From: Trichormus sp. ATA11-4-KO1
GTDB lineage: Bacteria > Cyanobacteriota > Cyanobacteriia > Cyanobacteriales > Nostocaceae
DNA: 64,000 nucleotides
Reading direction: 5' to 3'
Assembly: GCA_019358915.1 (NCBI GenBank)
Contig: JAHHIM010000007.1
Coordinates: forward strand, 48,303 to 112,302
Both the position numbers and the translations under genes were made by a program. The notes under the pieces are model-generated. The model was not told where the DNA came from. It searched no databases and saw only the letters and a list, made by a program, of their open reading frames with translations. Positions 63,936 to 64,000 of the stretch are shown here, one piece after another (the first letter of the stretch is position 1; the number at the start of each line of letters is the position of its first letter).

Positions 63936-64000
63936 ATTCAATCTTCGTGATGCAACTACCATTTTCCGGAGAAAATTATCATCATAGTTGTTGTGCGTTG

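Larger units (their letters stand above)
63337..64000 (-). repeat. nsiR1: Tandem array of 131-139-bp sRNA cassettes (NsiR1-like), truncated by the window end
   Basis: Five units with conserved GGRGAGTTARTTRTCARGGYRCAT core; anchor positions 63394, 63527, 63666, 63804 and 63935. Confidence 0.9.

Noticed and set aside
63337..64000. CRISPR array
   Set aside because: The period is 131-139 bp, the conserved block is ~60 nt and variable, two units share an identical spacer, each unit has a promoter-like motif and terminator, and no cas gene is in the window.

Overview
Core-genome window from a heterocyst-forming cyanobacterium (Nostocales). Support: frequent HIP1 octamers GCGATCGC, psbB-psbT, glnB, and Nostoc-type heptamer and short dispersed repeats. 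It holds about 55 genes, including housekeeping genes (hisC, rpsA, psbB/T, pyrD, sodB, purM, prs, bioD, cysE, hrcA, glnB, thiD), an arsenosugar-type operon (arsM - PiT transporter - arsS) and an ergothioneine cluster (egtC-egtB-egtD) preceded by an AT-rich TylF-type methyltransferase and a partial peptide ABC transporter. The strongest non-coding signal is at the right edge (63.3-64.0 kb): a tandem array of at least five 131-139-bp units. Each unit is a minus-strand cassette with a TCCGGA motif about 30 nt upstream of a conserved ~60-nt sequence ending in a GC hairpin and U-tract. This matches the heterocyst-specific NsiR1 sRNA array described upstream of hetF, so it is probably known biology that is usually left unannotated; the array runs off the window. 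Also present are an IS701-family relic split by a dispersed heptamer cassette, nested dispersed repeats (one supplies the egtB stop codon), an orphan Lhr-like helicase and a GAF pseudo-kinase. All calls come from reading the sequence; no database searches were run.
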